64,000 nucleotides of DNA from Sphagnum compactum (Eukaryota), in the NCBI GenBank assembly GCA_965153455.1, contig OZ234493.1:33842213-33906212 (forward strand), written 5' to 3'. Shown here in pieces: positions 52,157 through 64,000 of the stretch; position 1 is the first letter of the stretch, and the number at the start of each line of letters is the position of its first letter. Both the position numbers and the translations under genes were made by a program. Below the pieces are notes generated by a model. That model did no database searches and was not told the DNA's origin. It saw nothing but the letters and a program-made list of their open reading frames with translations.

Positions 52157-54489
52157 TCATGCATTCGGTTTGAAGGTTGATGATGTATCAGCTGCCTGCA
52201 GAAGGCCATCACGAATCTGATCTGCCACATCACGTAGAGCACCAGGGCCATGTGGAATGAAAACAGTTGAGTTCTTGCAGCTGGATCCTATCTCCTTAAT
52301 TGTGTCCAAGTACTGAGCCATGAGCACCATGTCGATAACATCTCTTGGTGAAGTCCCAGGGACACTCTGTGAGAAGCTTACTACACTTGCCTTCAGACCA
52401 TCAACAATGGCTTGACGCTGCAGCGCAACACCTTTACCTGCTAAGTGTTTTGATGCTGCATCTGCTTCAGCTCGCTTCACCTCTAGAACTTTCTCTCCCT
52501 CTGCCTTCTCAATTGTTGCCAGCCTCGTTCGGGCAGCTGCCACCAGAATGACAATCTCCAATTGATGAGTTCATCATCTATCCATCATTTGTAAAATCCC
52601 TACTCACATAATATCCAACCCAAAGGGAGCCAGAAAATTTCTAGATTACATTGTCCAATTTGACTACCCATGTCAATTTTGGAAATTAGCTGCATAGTCC
52701 ACATTCAAAAGGGGACATTCTGAACTGAAAGCAGCATCACCACCCTTCAACACAAATTCTAGGCCTGAGTTACTTGCACCTACATACCGGCATTGATTTC
52801 ATTCATGGCTTGCTTGACAGATTCATCAGGCTCAATATCAACTATAAGTGTCTGTACAATCTCATACCCATAGTTCTTCATTGCCTGCACAAAACCATCA
52901 GAAAGCATGGAAAGAAGTGAACTCACTGTGTAACTTTTGAAGCAATACCCATGATTCCCCTCTTCCCCATGAAAGCTTAAAAACCAACATCTGATTGCAG
53001 ACTTAAGAAAAGAAGTCATTGTCAAAAGTAATTTGGTCACATTACCAAAACGGCATTTGGATATGGACTGCAAAGATCACTATAAAAGTGGGTGTTTGAG
53101 TAGTTTTAAATGTTTAAACCATGCAGAACTAAAATCCTTCAGAAAATCCATAAAATTAAATTACCTTCCCCAGCTCCTCTGCAACATTCTTTGCAACATC
53201 ATTCTTCTGCTCAAACACATCGTCCAATTTCAATCTAGGTACACTTGCCCTTAGCACTGCGATGATGTAACAAAAATTCTGTCAGGAACATACCACATAC
53301 ATACCCCATGGTGGATCCTCAACTGACGGATGGTGACATGGGTGGGAGCCAGAAGTATTTAGTGGATTAAGTAAGAGGCAATGAGACACAAAAGGACTAG
53401 TTGCAAATGCCACAACATAAAAGCTCCAAATGGGCTCAGTAAGTATGAAAGCGTAGAGAAATACTGAAGTATCAGCAACACAAATTTGGTCCAAGATAGT
53501 TGTCACACATATGGGCATATCTTACCATCAAAGACATAAGCCTTGATTTGCTCACGAGGACGACTGAGCTTATAGAAAGCATCTTGAGCACTCTCTTGAC
53601 ATGCTCGGTACTGCACAGACACCACTACTGTGACAAACACATTGTCCTGCAATCACAAACAATGGAACCACCCATTCATAAGCTCGGGCATATTTCATGA
53701 ATTTAATACTTAAATATTTCAACATCAAGCAAAAAGTGAAGGAAAAAGAAGATGTTTTAAATTAGGGCAACCTGTCAACTATACTCTCTGATTTCACAAG
53801 GAGCGCTTGAGCCTGAATCCTTACAGCTTATTTTGAGCAGTTTTCAAGAACACCCAATGAGTCCAAACATGTATTCAAATTTGAAGGACAAAAGCCATTC
53901 AATCTTGCAGAAATGAACAATTCCCAGCAATCCGATACTTGGTGGGAACAATTTAATACTTGATAATTTAACGTTCAACAAGCACAATCTCAAGCAGCCA
54001 TCCAGATGTCAAGACTCGATCCCAATTCAAAAGCGAAGTCACTGATCAAGGCAGCAATTACAATAACCCTAAAAATGATGGCACCCATCTTGCTAACAAT
54101 GTCAGTAAGAAACAACCCTAAATGATAGCTTTCGTACATCAACTATTTCCACAAATTCCTGCAGCCTTGAAACCATTCAAGGTTCAGCTTGGTGCTCAAG
54201 ATTGCAACCTCCTAGTTTTGCTCCTAACTCCCAATACATCTATAAGAGAAAATACCACCATTCCCCGACTGATTGACAAGAAGAAGAATATTATTGTCAC
54301 CTTGGTCTTGGCCTCACAACGGATGTCAAGTTGCTGCACACGGAGAGTTAGAACCCCAGAAACCTTGAGGCCAATGCAGCAGGGAACAAAGTGACAACCA
54401 GGTTCAAGTACTTGCACAAACTTGCCACATCTTTCCTCAATACCAACAGTGGACTGATCCACCTGGAAACAACAGCATGCTTGCCCCAT
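52157..54489 (-). CDS. HIR: Hypersensitive-induced response protein (SPFH/band-7 domain), 5 exons, ~292 aa
   Basis: Exons 54489-54301, 53646-53526, 53256-53165, 52884-52788, 52536-52157 (879 nt, in frame). Motifs [71 protein letters not shown]-terminal MG plus Cys cluster fits myristoylation/palmitoylation. Confidence 0.95.
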
Positions 54490-55040
54490 CACCCACCCCT
54501 TGATCTTCTTCCTACCCCCACACTTAGAAAAAGAACAATGACACCATGATCTGGCTGCCCCTGAGTGTGACTGAGAGTCTCTTCATGCAGCAGCCTTAGG
54601 GCTAGACTTATCTCTTTTTTGGTGTCCAGAGGGAGGTGCACACTTTCTGCTGTGCAACCCTCCTCTTTCACTCTCCACTTCCAACCGTTTCATGTCATGT
54701 GGAATAACCTACCCTGACTGGCAGTTACCAGGTCTTGTTATAGGCCCTATGGATCACTCAAACTAAAGCACCAGCTTGAACCTGGCTATATCTCCTTGAA
54801 AATTGAGAATGGTGTTGTGAGAAAACTTCACACAAGAAATGGACTATTCAATCAATTGGGTGATACCCAAGAGCCCAAAAACATTTCATGCTGTCCAGAC
54901 AAATGAGATAAGTACCCAACAACACAGCATGGATACAATTTTTCTTGCAGGAGAAGGGTATGCAAGTACATCAAGGTCTCCATTATTTTTGTAGACCCTT
55001 TTCACACTCAACTTTTTAGCTAGAGCCATATTAGCACTTC

Positions 55041-56760
55041 TTATAACCTGGGACTGGCAAATCTGATAAAGCTAGGAAGTCTTTTTCTCTGAACTACACA
55101 CAATTGTAGTAAAGGAATTCTGCCTGTAATCTGCTCACTCAGTGGACTGGTCTGTGATCGTTGTGACTCTTTTTGAGCATATGCTGTGGCCTTCGCGACC
55201 AATTCCGGCCCAGCTTTGTCAGGACTCCCACAGTTGAATGGAGGTTGTGGGTCATACTCTATAAGCAGCTGCACAACCTGGGCTGTAGTCTCATCAGTTA
55301 TCAAAGCTGCAAGCTGAAGAGCCATATCAATTCCAGAGGAGACACCCGCTGCTGTGATGATTTTGCCCTGAAAAAACAGAACGCCAAATCCCACACAACA
55401 GGTCCAGTTCCAAAATTAGTCTGAGAAATTAATTCTGCAATTCTCAGAAATTGCTGTGAAATTATAGGGCAGCTTCACAGTTCCTGCAGCATGGACAGCA
55501 CATCAAATGGCATGCACAAATTGCAACGCTGGCAGGCAATGCCGCCCTGAGTATTACATTCCTGCATTGTCTACGCAACCAAAATACAGACACACCTGTC
55601 CAACAACTCTGTCCTTGACAGGCTTGGCACCAAGGCTTGCAAGCAAGTCGTACATACTCCAATGGGTTGTTGCTTCAAGTCCATTGAGAAAGCCAGCAGC
55701 AGCTAGAAGGAGAGAACCCGTACATACAGATGTTGTGTATAAGCTAGTCTCATGCACCTTGAGCAGTCATCACCATCCCAAATACAAAACCCATCATCAA
55801 ATTCCCCCAGTACTGGATCATACGAACATAGCTGAGAGCTAGCTAGCCAGTCACTGCAATCAAAGGAAAAACAAAGAGCTTCTGTAGCTCTCGAATATTC
55901 ATACCCTTTTGATCAAACAATGAAGACCTAAGTGGGATCAGGACAGACATAGGACATACCTTTTGCAGCCATTGTAAGAAGGTCTCATCTTCCATAAGGG
56001 CACGAGTGCCAAAGCCTCCAGGCACCACCACAATATCTCGTTTTGGCACCTACATACAATCTCACATTCCACCACACCCCAAAGTTCACTCACTGGCTCA
56101 GGACATCTTTCCATTAGGCTGCCATGACCACAGATTTCATAATCACAGCAGCTTTCCATTACATTTTTTCAAGTCGTACCTGTGGTCACAGTCATTGATC
56201 TCACAGCTCTACCAGTCAAGTATTGATCAATTGCAGGAGTTGTGAGAGCTGTGAGTCAAACTATGACTCATCATACAATGACATCTGACCTCCTTTGATA
56301 TATGAGAACATGTGTTCCTAGAGTTCCTGACATGATTAATTACATATTTTCACATCTGTAGTTGCAGCTCTCCAATGGAAAGCGACTGTCCCTGCAGCAG
56401 CAAGTAACAAGGCCCTATGTCATTGGGCTTTCCATTAGGCTGCTGCTGTGATCACAGCTACAGACTGTGTGTCATGACTGTGATCACAGCAGCCTAATGA
56501 AAAGGGACCCCAATTTCTCATACCACAATCATCATCATTCCCTAGCTAGCTAACCAGTACCTGGTCAAAAGAAGCAGTGGCTTGGATGCTGAGGGTTCCC
56601 AAATCTGTGTACAGTCCTGCACTGTGGGTCACAAACACCACCTTAAACAATTCAGCACCTCGTAAGGCCCCACGAGATCCAATGTAGTCACTCCCTTGAA
56701 GATGGGCATGGCTACCTGTAGACCCTTGCCGGACCCCCATTGCTGCTGCTGATGATCCAT
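55041..56760 (-). pseudogene. DJ-1/PfpI family protein, isocyanide (isonitrile) hydratase-like, with a frameshift in coding exon 1 (disrupted allele, pseudogene or assembly error)
   Basis: Exons 56760-56561, 56049-55960, 55757-55596, 55367-55041 total 779 nt, not a multiple of 3. The ATG 56760 frame gives QVAMPIFKGVTTLDLVGPYEVLNCL then stops at 56631-56629; conserved sequence continues in another frame (KVVFV...QATASFDQ, VVVPGG.G, TSVCTGSLLL, ATTHW, AGVSSGIDMAL, EYDPQPPF..GSP). ATG 56740 opens a 252-aa frame lacking the N-terminal motif. Confidence 0.8.
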
Positions 56761-56901
56761 TTCACAACTCTCAGGGTTGTAGTAGTACAAAGCTGAAAGG
56801 AGCTTGTGGGCATATGCTAGCTTAACCCTAATTCAGAACTATGCTCACGACAGACAGTCTGATTGATGATTGCCACAAAAAAAAAAATCAGACGTGGGTC
56901 T

Positions 56902-56933
<32 letters not shown>

Positions 56934-57424
56934 CACTACACGAGGAGCGGCTGGTGCAGTGAAGAAAACAGCCAGCTCACCAGAAGTAAGTACTGAAGAG
57001 AACTCTGAAGAGAATTGCTGCTGCTGCATTGCTCTCTTGTGGACTACAACGAGTACCTCTATAAGGCTCGTGTGCTACAAGACCGACACAGTTGTTCTCG
57101 CGACTTTCATGACATGGGGTGGATTTCTTTTCTTCAGTTGACAGTAACAGTGATTGAGTGCGCGAGCAAGCGCTGTTGGGAAATCTTTGGGACGTTGAGT
57201 TCTTCCACCTACCAGTATATACTAAGACCCGAGTACTAATAAGAATAGCACAGTTCTCGCATTTTTCGTGACATGGGTGGAGCTGGAATTTCGCGGTGGA
57301 TTGCCTGCAACACCTGTTGTGATTGCGCGCACGAGGAAGCAAAACTCTCGAGAGATCTTGTGACAGGAGTCGTTCGTCATCGATCAGCCGCCCAACGGCC
57401 CTCTGCAAAAGTCGTGTTCTTGCG

Positions 57425-57882
57425 GCCCCTGCCCTTACGAACCACGAAACGGGCCTGCTAAGGCCCGTCCTTGCATAGTCGCGAACGGGCTTGGTAGGTC
57501 CGGCCCTTACGTCGAACTATGGAACGGGCTTGGTAGGTCCGGCCCTTACGTCGAACTATGGAACGAGCTTGGTAGGTCCGGCCCTTACGTCGAACTATGG
57601 AACGGGCCTGGTAGGGCCGGACCTTACGATATTGTAGAACGGGATTTTTAGGGCCGGACCTTCCGTTGTACTATGGAACAGGCCTGGTAGGGCCGGCCTA
57701 TAAGTACTGTGGAATGGGATTTTTAGGGCCTGCCCTTATGTCATACTATGGAATGGGCCTGGTAGGTCCGGCCCTTATGTTGTACTATGGAACGGGCCTG
57801 GCAGGGCTGCACTTATGTAGTGTGGAACTGGCTTTGTAGGGTCGGCCCTTACGTTGTACTATGGACTGGGCCTGGTAAGGGT
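57425..57882. repeat. GC-rich tandem array, ~12 units of 35-39 bp (GAACGGGCYTGGTAGGKCCGGCCCTTACGTYGWACTATG)
   Basis: Three near-identical 39-bp units at 57483, 57522 and 57561, followed by progressively diverged units. No unique spacers. Confidence 0.95.
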
Positions 57883-60727
57883 CAAGTCCTTTTTTTTAAA
57901 GTCACATGGCAAGAGTTGTTTGGCTTGCATGAAGTCATGGCCAATTTTTTTGAGTAAAAATGGCACCTTATGGGCTTGGTTTAGGGTTTTTCCAGGGAAT
58001 AATTAATTAATTAATTAAATAATTTAGTCAATAATATTTACACTAGAAAAAACACATTTTTTCAATTTTATTCAATTTTGGTCAAAAAATTTGACAAATA
58101 AATGTTTTGAAAAACAATTCTCCGCAAATATAAGAATTGGCTAAGGTCTTTTCTTTTTTTTTTCTTTTTAATAATGTTGTAGAGCCATTATTTCTCTTTG
58201 TGAAGAAGAACTTTGCCAAAGTTGTGACCTTAAAAGATTAAAATGGACTATTTTGTCACAAATTCCCTTTTTTAAAAGGGGAAAAAACAATCACCCAACT
58301 TTTGAATTATGTTTTACCAATGATAATGAATTTTTTTTGGACATGGAAAACATTTCATCCAAATGGAAAACATTTCATCCATGGAAACATGTAATTTTTG
58401 GTTAGATATTGCATATATCAAATGGTTCTTCTTGTGTGGGGTGGGGAGTGACATACTTGAATATACAATGATTTTTTATATTCTAACTTAGTACATTTAT
58501 TATTTTGTATTATTTTTTAAATAAAATTTAAGTTGGAACATCATATTGACGAATCAATCACAACATAATTTGATAACTATTTTTATTATATTAATTTTTT
58601 TCTCAAATTCTAAATTCAACTTATCATAAACAACTCAATGGAATGCGTACAAAAGTTTCATAATGAAATTTAAATAAATCTATTTACTCTTTCTTTTTGG
58701 TGTTTATGTCAATTTTTTAAATTTTAAACTTGATTTTGAATAGTCAATTTTGTTCATATATATTTTATCATGCTTTCACCCCCCCCCCTCACTATGTTTG
58801 AGAAAAGATAAAAGAGGGTGTTCAGCCAAAATAAAAATAAAAAATAGTGAAAATCAAGAGAAAAAGCTTCCCCATCATAATAATAATGCATTTTTAAAAT
58901 ATAAACAAAGATTCTTTTTGCAAATGGAAGGAATTGGAGGACAATTAATGAATGTGCCTTTTCCAAATGGATGAGGCCATGACCTAAGGGGGTGCCCATT
59001 ATACGTCCAAAAAATTGCATCAAATAACAAAGGCATAATTTTAACAATTTTAACAATAACTTTGTTCTATATGTTATCTCATTACACCCCACTTACACAT
59101 GATAAAAAGACTCTTATTTCAAAAACATACTTTAAATTTCTAGATTTTTTTTTTAAAAATTGTGAACATTTCTTGAGTGAGGAGAGTATTAGGTTACAAT
59201 CATGCCAATTTTCTTACAATCAAAATTTCTTTACTTAAAAAGTCCTTAGCTAGTCCTTTGCAAAAAAAAAAATTTTTTTATGTAATTATTTTTCAAGTTC
59301 AAAAATCTTTTATTAAAACTAAAACCTAAAATTAAATTAAATAATTAATCTTTAATCTAAATTCCGTAACATTCATATTAATCATTTAACATAACTTCCC
59401 ATTATTAACATGACCGTAAAATCACACTCCATAAATATGTGTAATAAAGTTTGTAATTTTGATGGTTGTTTGAGATGGTTTTTAACTTGTTTTGATTCGA
59501 TTGCACTGCGCAAATGCTTTCATTTTCAACCAAACCAAACATTTTTACACATGCCACCTTAATTACTTTCATATTTTTGGAAAGTTTATGATCAAGAATA
59601 ACAAATCAAACAATGGTACACCGCAATTTACTCAATTCGATTCAAATCATTTTCTTATTGCAATGACAAACTTAGAAATTCAAGACCATGATTAGTTTAA
59701 GCAAACTTACCTATAGATCAAGGTCATGGGCTAAGAAAATTGATGTTCATGATGAAAAAGGTGATGATGGTGGGACACTTTGTGAGTAACTCTCATAAGG
59801 TTATTACAATCATTCATCATCATGTTATTTTCAATTTTGTTTGTTGTTGTGAAGACTTCTCTCTTATTCCCTAGAGATATGTGTCTCTTTGATGTGAATT
59901 CACATTATGACTTGAGTTTTCCCCGTGCTTCAAAAACGTGACGACAAATTCCCTAATGCAAAATTTGGTATAATGGTCCACTTGTAATTTTGGGGGGAAG
60001 ATTATTATGTACTTATCTTTGTTTAGAGTTGATGAAGCCAATGGCTAGTCACGACAACTTGTTACTACTATTTATGATGAGGCGATGATGGTCTAACTCT
60101 TGGTAAGTAACTACCATACCTTTGGGAAAATCCATTGAAAACTAAACTTGGAAACTTGGAAAGAAGGTGCAATTTTCTCAATCATGAAATCCTTTAACCT
60201 CCACTATTGTTTGGAGATCACTATATAGACTTTGCCAACTCCACAACCAATAACAAAGGTAAATGCCCAAAATGATTAAACCCAATGGGGTATCATAAAA
60301 TGCAAGAAAATATTTATTATCCTTAAAATGTGAAATTGCAAATTTTCAAAGGAGTTGAGTAAAATAAAAGCTAACAACTACAATGAAACTTTTCATTCAC
60401 AAAGTGATCAAATGCATGTGTAGAAAAAGTGAATGAGGTATTTATGTGAACCCATGGAATGATTTATTTATGTGATGGTTAACGAAATCAAAAGTGGTCA
60501 TGGATCCATAACCATGGTTCTACATATTCATGGTTCTACAAGCTTCCTAAATGTTTCTAACCATTTAGTCTCATAAGTCTTGAAAAACAAGTGAAACGGG
60601 TGTTTAAGGGAACTCACCGCCAAGTTGGATTTCTATGTAATATAGTATGCACACTATGTTAGTTATGTTCTGTGCTTGCCAACATTCCATCTGGGTCTTC
60701 ACTAATAGGTACATGACATACGGAGGA

Positions 60728-62647
60728 CTAGACTTTTACTTTGACATCCTTTTCATCACGATTGATAGCAAAATGGTATATTTGCACATTCTCCACACCC
60801 AAGTTTTTGAAGTTGCTACCTTTCCTGGTCTGCAAGAACTCACCCCAATTGTAAGAACGGTAAAGAGGTAGATTTCCACCCAATAGCTGAGGCACTGGAG
60901 CCACATCGGTGCTTTGGGATGGATTGAAGAAGAAAGGAACTGAGAAACGTGGCTTGTTCTCATTTACCACCACTCGATGCTCCACACTTTGGTACTTGTC
61001 ATTACTCCAGACCTGCACCATCCAAGCATTCCCTCGAATGAGTTGATTGCAGTCAACAAGTTCTACTAAGATCTGCAATGAGGTTTCATGAAGAAATGCA
61101 ATGTAATGCAACCAACACCTCATGCCAAAAACGCATGTTTCTTTCAAGGAGGAATTCAGCTTCTGCAGATGATGACAACAATGAAACAAAACAAGTCATT
61201 CATTTCCATATCCTAATTTGTCACATCTGTTAAACAAAACTCAAAGAACTGCTGCATAGAGGAGACAAAATATACTACCTACATAGTAACTATAAAATTA
61301 TTGCTGTACCTGGAAAAGATCACCAACATTGATGACAAAGGCATCACGTTGAGGCTTAATGCCAATCCACTCTCCATCTTTGCGCCGGACTTCAAGGCCA
61401 CCGACCTCATCTTGAACCAACACAGTGAGACCCCCACCATCCTTGTGCCTGCTCACCCCAAGGGCAAGATTTGGCGCTGGACATTTTGGGTAGTAGTTCA
61501 AGCGGATGAAATTGGAATCATCAGGCAGCCAGTACTTATGAAAGTAGGTTGCAGGTAAACCCAAACTCTCGGCAATTAAACCCAAAAGCTCAAAAGCTAA
61601 ACCTTCAACAGACTTTGACCATTTCTCGCACACCTCCCTGCAACCCAATTTGTCAAAACATTCTGAAACTTGTTACAACTGTTTGTGTTCAGTCATCAAC
61701 CGTGGAACATATCAGCAAACTTGTAATACCTGGGCTGCAAAACAGGGAAAATCTTGAGGACTTGAGTCACACCCAAACAAAAACTCCGGATCATCCTAGT
61801 CACGGTAATGAAAAGGATCAAGGGTATCATGATGCTGCACCTACCTGAATGTAGAGGGGTTTTCAGGCCACTGATTTTTGTAGGCATGGATTTGCTCCCC
61901 ACTGCCTGACGAAGCAACTGGAAGCTCCAATACTCCTCGAGTTGTAAAATCAAACACCTCCTTCCAGTCCCTCACATTCTTCGTGAGCTCAGAATCATAA
62001 TACCCTAATGCATTCTCAAATGTGCGACGCACCTATTATCATCAACCAAACCCCCATTTCACCATGCTCAAGAACAAGCCTGAACACAACAAGATTCATG
62101 ATCCCTTCTCACTTCTGCACTGTACAGAACCCCTAACCCTAAAAAAAATTAAAATGATGATCAAATTTTGCAGTTAAGACTTTGACAGCAGCAAGCAAGA
62201 CTCACAAAACACACAAGACATGATCAAGGTTTTCTAGGGTTTCTGAGTTTTTGTACCTCCTACCTTTGATTTCTCCTCCAGAGGAAGAGCAAAGAAGTTG
62301 AGGGCGTTTGTCTCCACTTCTTCCAGAAGAGAAAGAGAGATGCCATGGTTGATCACCTGGAAAAACCCCCACTCTTCACATGCTTTACCCACCTGCTTAA
62401 CTAGCTGCTCGTGGATCAGAGATTTCCTCCTCTTTCCTTCTTCTCCTTCTTCTTCTTCTTCTTCTTCTTCCCCGGGGTTTTTGTTGCTCCTCCTGAGTGA
62501 GCTAAGGTCGATGACAGGCACTTGCTCACCAGCAGCGGTATAGTCGTTGTACTTGCGCGTGGGTCTATGCTCCGGTGGCAACACAAAATCCGGATCGATT
62601 TGCAAATTTGCCAGCTGCTGCACCAAGACTGGATCCTCTACACCCAT
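60728..62647 (-). CDS. 2-oxoglutarate/Fe(II)-dependent dioxygenase (DOXC class), 4 exons, ~394 aa
   Basis: Exons 62647-62264, 62032-61845, 61637-61310, 61012-60728 (1185 nt, in frame). Motifs VPVIDLS, ACEEWGFFQVINHG, RLNYYPKCP, HKD, VEHR, RFS. TKNVRDWKEVFDF resembles recalled At3g19000-like enzymes. Substrate cannot be assigned. Confidence 0.93.
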
Positions 62648-62707
62648 CTCAAAATTCTCTTTCAAGATCCAAATCCTCGATCTCCTCGCCACCCAAAGCT
62701 CCTTCAA

Positions 62708-62711
<4 letters not shown>

Positions 62712-62751
<40 letters not shown>
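62712..62751. repeat. (GA)n/(CT)n microsatellite in the 5' region of the dioxygenase gene
   Basis: Seen directly; it accounts for the ERERER extension of ORF 62234..62761. Confidence 0.95.
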
Positions 62752-62755
<4 letters not shown>

Positions 62756-63389
62756 CAACAACTCCTACTCAAATCTTTACTTCAAAATCTTCCCTTTCAC
62801 AAAATTCTTCCGAAAAGGAACTTGGAACTTCGTATTACTTCTTCTTCTGCAAATGGGTGGCAGATTCTCGCGCAAAAATTCTGTGTGAGCGCAAAAATTC
62901 TTCGACAAAACTCTCGCTCTCTTCAAGTGCATGAGAAAACAGTGAATTTATGCAGTCCGTCTGAGCACCAGTTATGTGGCTTTTTATTTTGGTCTGAAAC
63001 AGAACTCTACTTTTACAAGTGATGTATAGCTAGCAACTTATGTGGCTTTTTATTGGAAAGGTTACAAGTGTCAAGGGCAAGGCAAAAAAATCAGCTAAGT
63101 ATTTTTGATGTTTTATGCATGGGGTCAGAAATAGGGCCAAATTCATTTTGATGGAGTTTTTTTTTTCCTCCCCTAAATTTTTTTAGAAAAATAATTTAAT
63201 GTCTTTTTTAATAATAATTGTTTTTGGTGGCTTGGTTAGAGTGGTGGGAGCCCAAGTTTGGGGATAATCTGGAAGTCTCCAGGGCAATTGCCTCCCCCCT
63301 ATGTATAGCCAATAGTGACTTTGCGGGCAGCTTTTTTTTTTTTTTTTTTTGGTTGGCGATGTTTTTATAATAATATTTTGGTCTGAATA

Positions 63390-63529
63390 AGTAGCCAAAA
63401 ATACAAAAGAATGATTAAAATTTGTACTTTCTTTGGTTTTTAGCCAGATTTGGCTAAATCTTCCTATGGATGATCACCACTTTTGGCTGCTGCATCACAA
63501 AAATTCATTAAAAGTAAAGAAAACACTGG
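63390..63529. mobile_element. Dispersed repeat family B copy
   Basis: TAGCCAGATTTGGCTAAATC...GGATGATCACCACTTTTGGCT...AAACACTG. Confidence 0.65.
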
Positions 63530-64000
63530 CCCCCACACTTGGTGAAGCTTCATTCTTCCTTTAATATATGTAATGTTTTGCAGTTTGCACACCCGAAGGT
63601 GCTTGTGCTTGCACTTGCACTTAGCTGCTTGTTGTTTCCCATGCTCTTTCCTTCTTTTCTTTTGGTGCTTTTGAGGGAGATGAGTGGAGTTCTTTGTACC
63701 TGGCTTTGTAAGGACTCCCCCACTTGCTAGGCTAAAAAGGAGTGAGCCTCGTCTGCTTTTGTTGGACACTTGTGCTTGTGAAATATGCTTTTCTTTACAC
63801 CACCACAAACTGATTGGGTGTTTGTTGTTTGCAGTAAGACAAAATCAGCTGCAAGCAAAAAATTCATGCAAAGAATCAAGTCTAAAGCTCTGAATCAAAC
63901 TAGTTCCTGCCAAACTGCTTATTTTCAGCTGCAAAGTTATGGGTACAGTCGAGCGATCAGCGGCCGAGAACGGCCAGTTTTGGCATGATAGATCATCAAA

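Noticed and set aside
54511..55138. In-frame DJ-1/HIR fusion by splicing donor 55138 to acceptor 54511
   Set aside because: The donor is phase 1 and 22 nt precede the HIR ATG, so the join is out of frame; fusion would also block HIR N-myristoylation.
57425..57882. CRISPR array
   Set aside because: Units are contiguous and homologous along their whole length with no unique spacers; no cas genes; eukaryotic context.
62648..62761. N-terminal extension MLWKRERERE of the dioxygenase
   Set aside because: Non-ATG start reading through a (GA)n microsatellite; ATG 62647 fits the family N-terminus.

Overview
This is eukaryotic, intron-rich, AT-rich land-plant DNA. Gene and repeat style suggests a bryophyte, possibly Sphagnum-like (inference only). 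Seven spliced genes were reconstructed by hand from GT-AG sites and reading-frame continuity: a TAP38/PPH1-like chloroplast PP2C (-), 60S ribosomal protein L4 (+, head-to-head with the PP2C), a CHX cation/H+ antiporter (+), a GH17 beta-1,3-glucanase (-), a HIR/SPFH protein (-), an isocyanide-hydratase-like DJ-1/PfpI gene with a frameshift in its first coding exon (-), and a DOXC 2-oxoglutarate dioxygenase (-). Intergenic DNA is dense with non-autonomous DNA transposons (hAT-type with 8-bp TSDs, Tc1/mariner-type with TA TSDs, a TAATA-flanked family, a TIR element carrying a MULE/SWIM-like fragment), several nested, plus minisatellite arrays. No CRISPR, rRNA or tRNA was found. I cannot demonstrate a new biological system from sequence alone. 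The best leads are the bacterial-type, frameshifted DJ-1/PfpI gene with its upstream 39-bp array and tight coupling to HIR, the PPH1 homologue lacking its C-terminal membrane anchor, and transposon families with apparent target-site specificity. All family assignments are from recalled motifs; no database searches were run.
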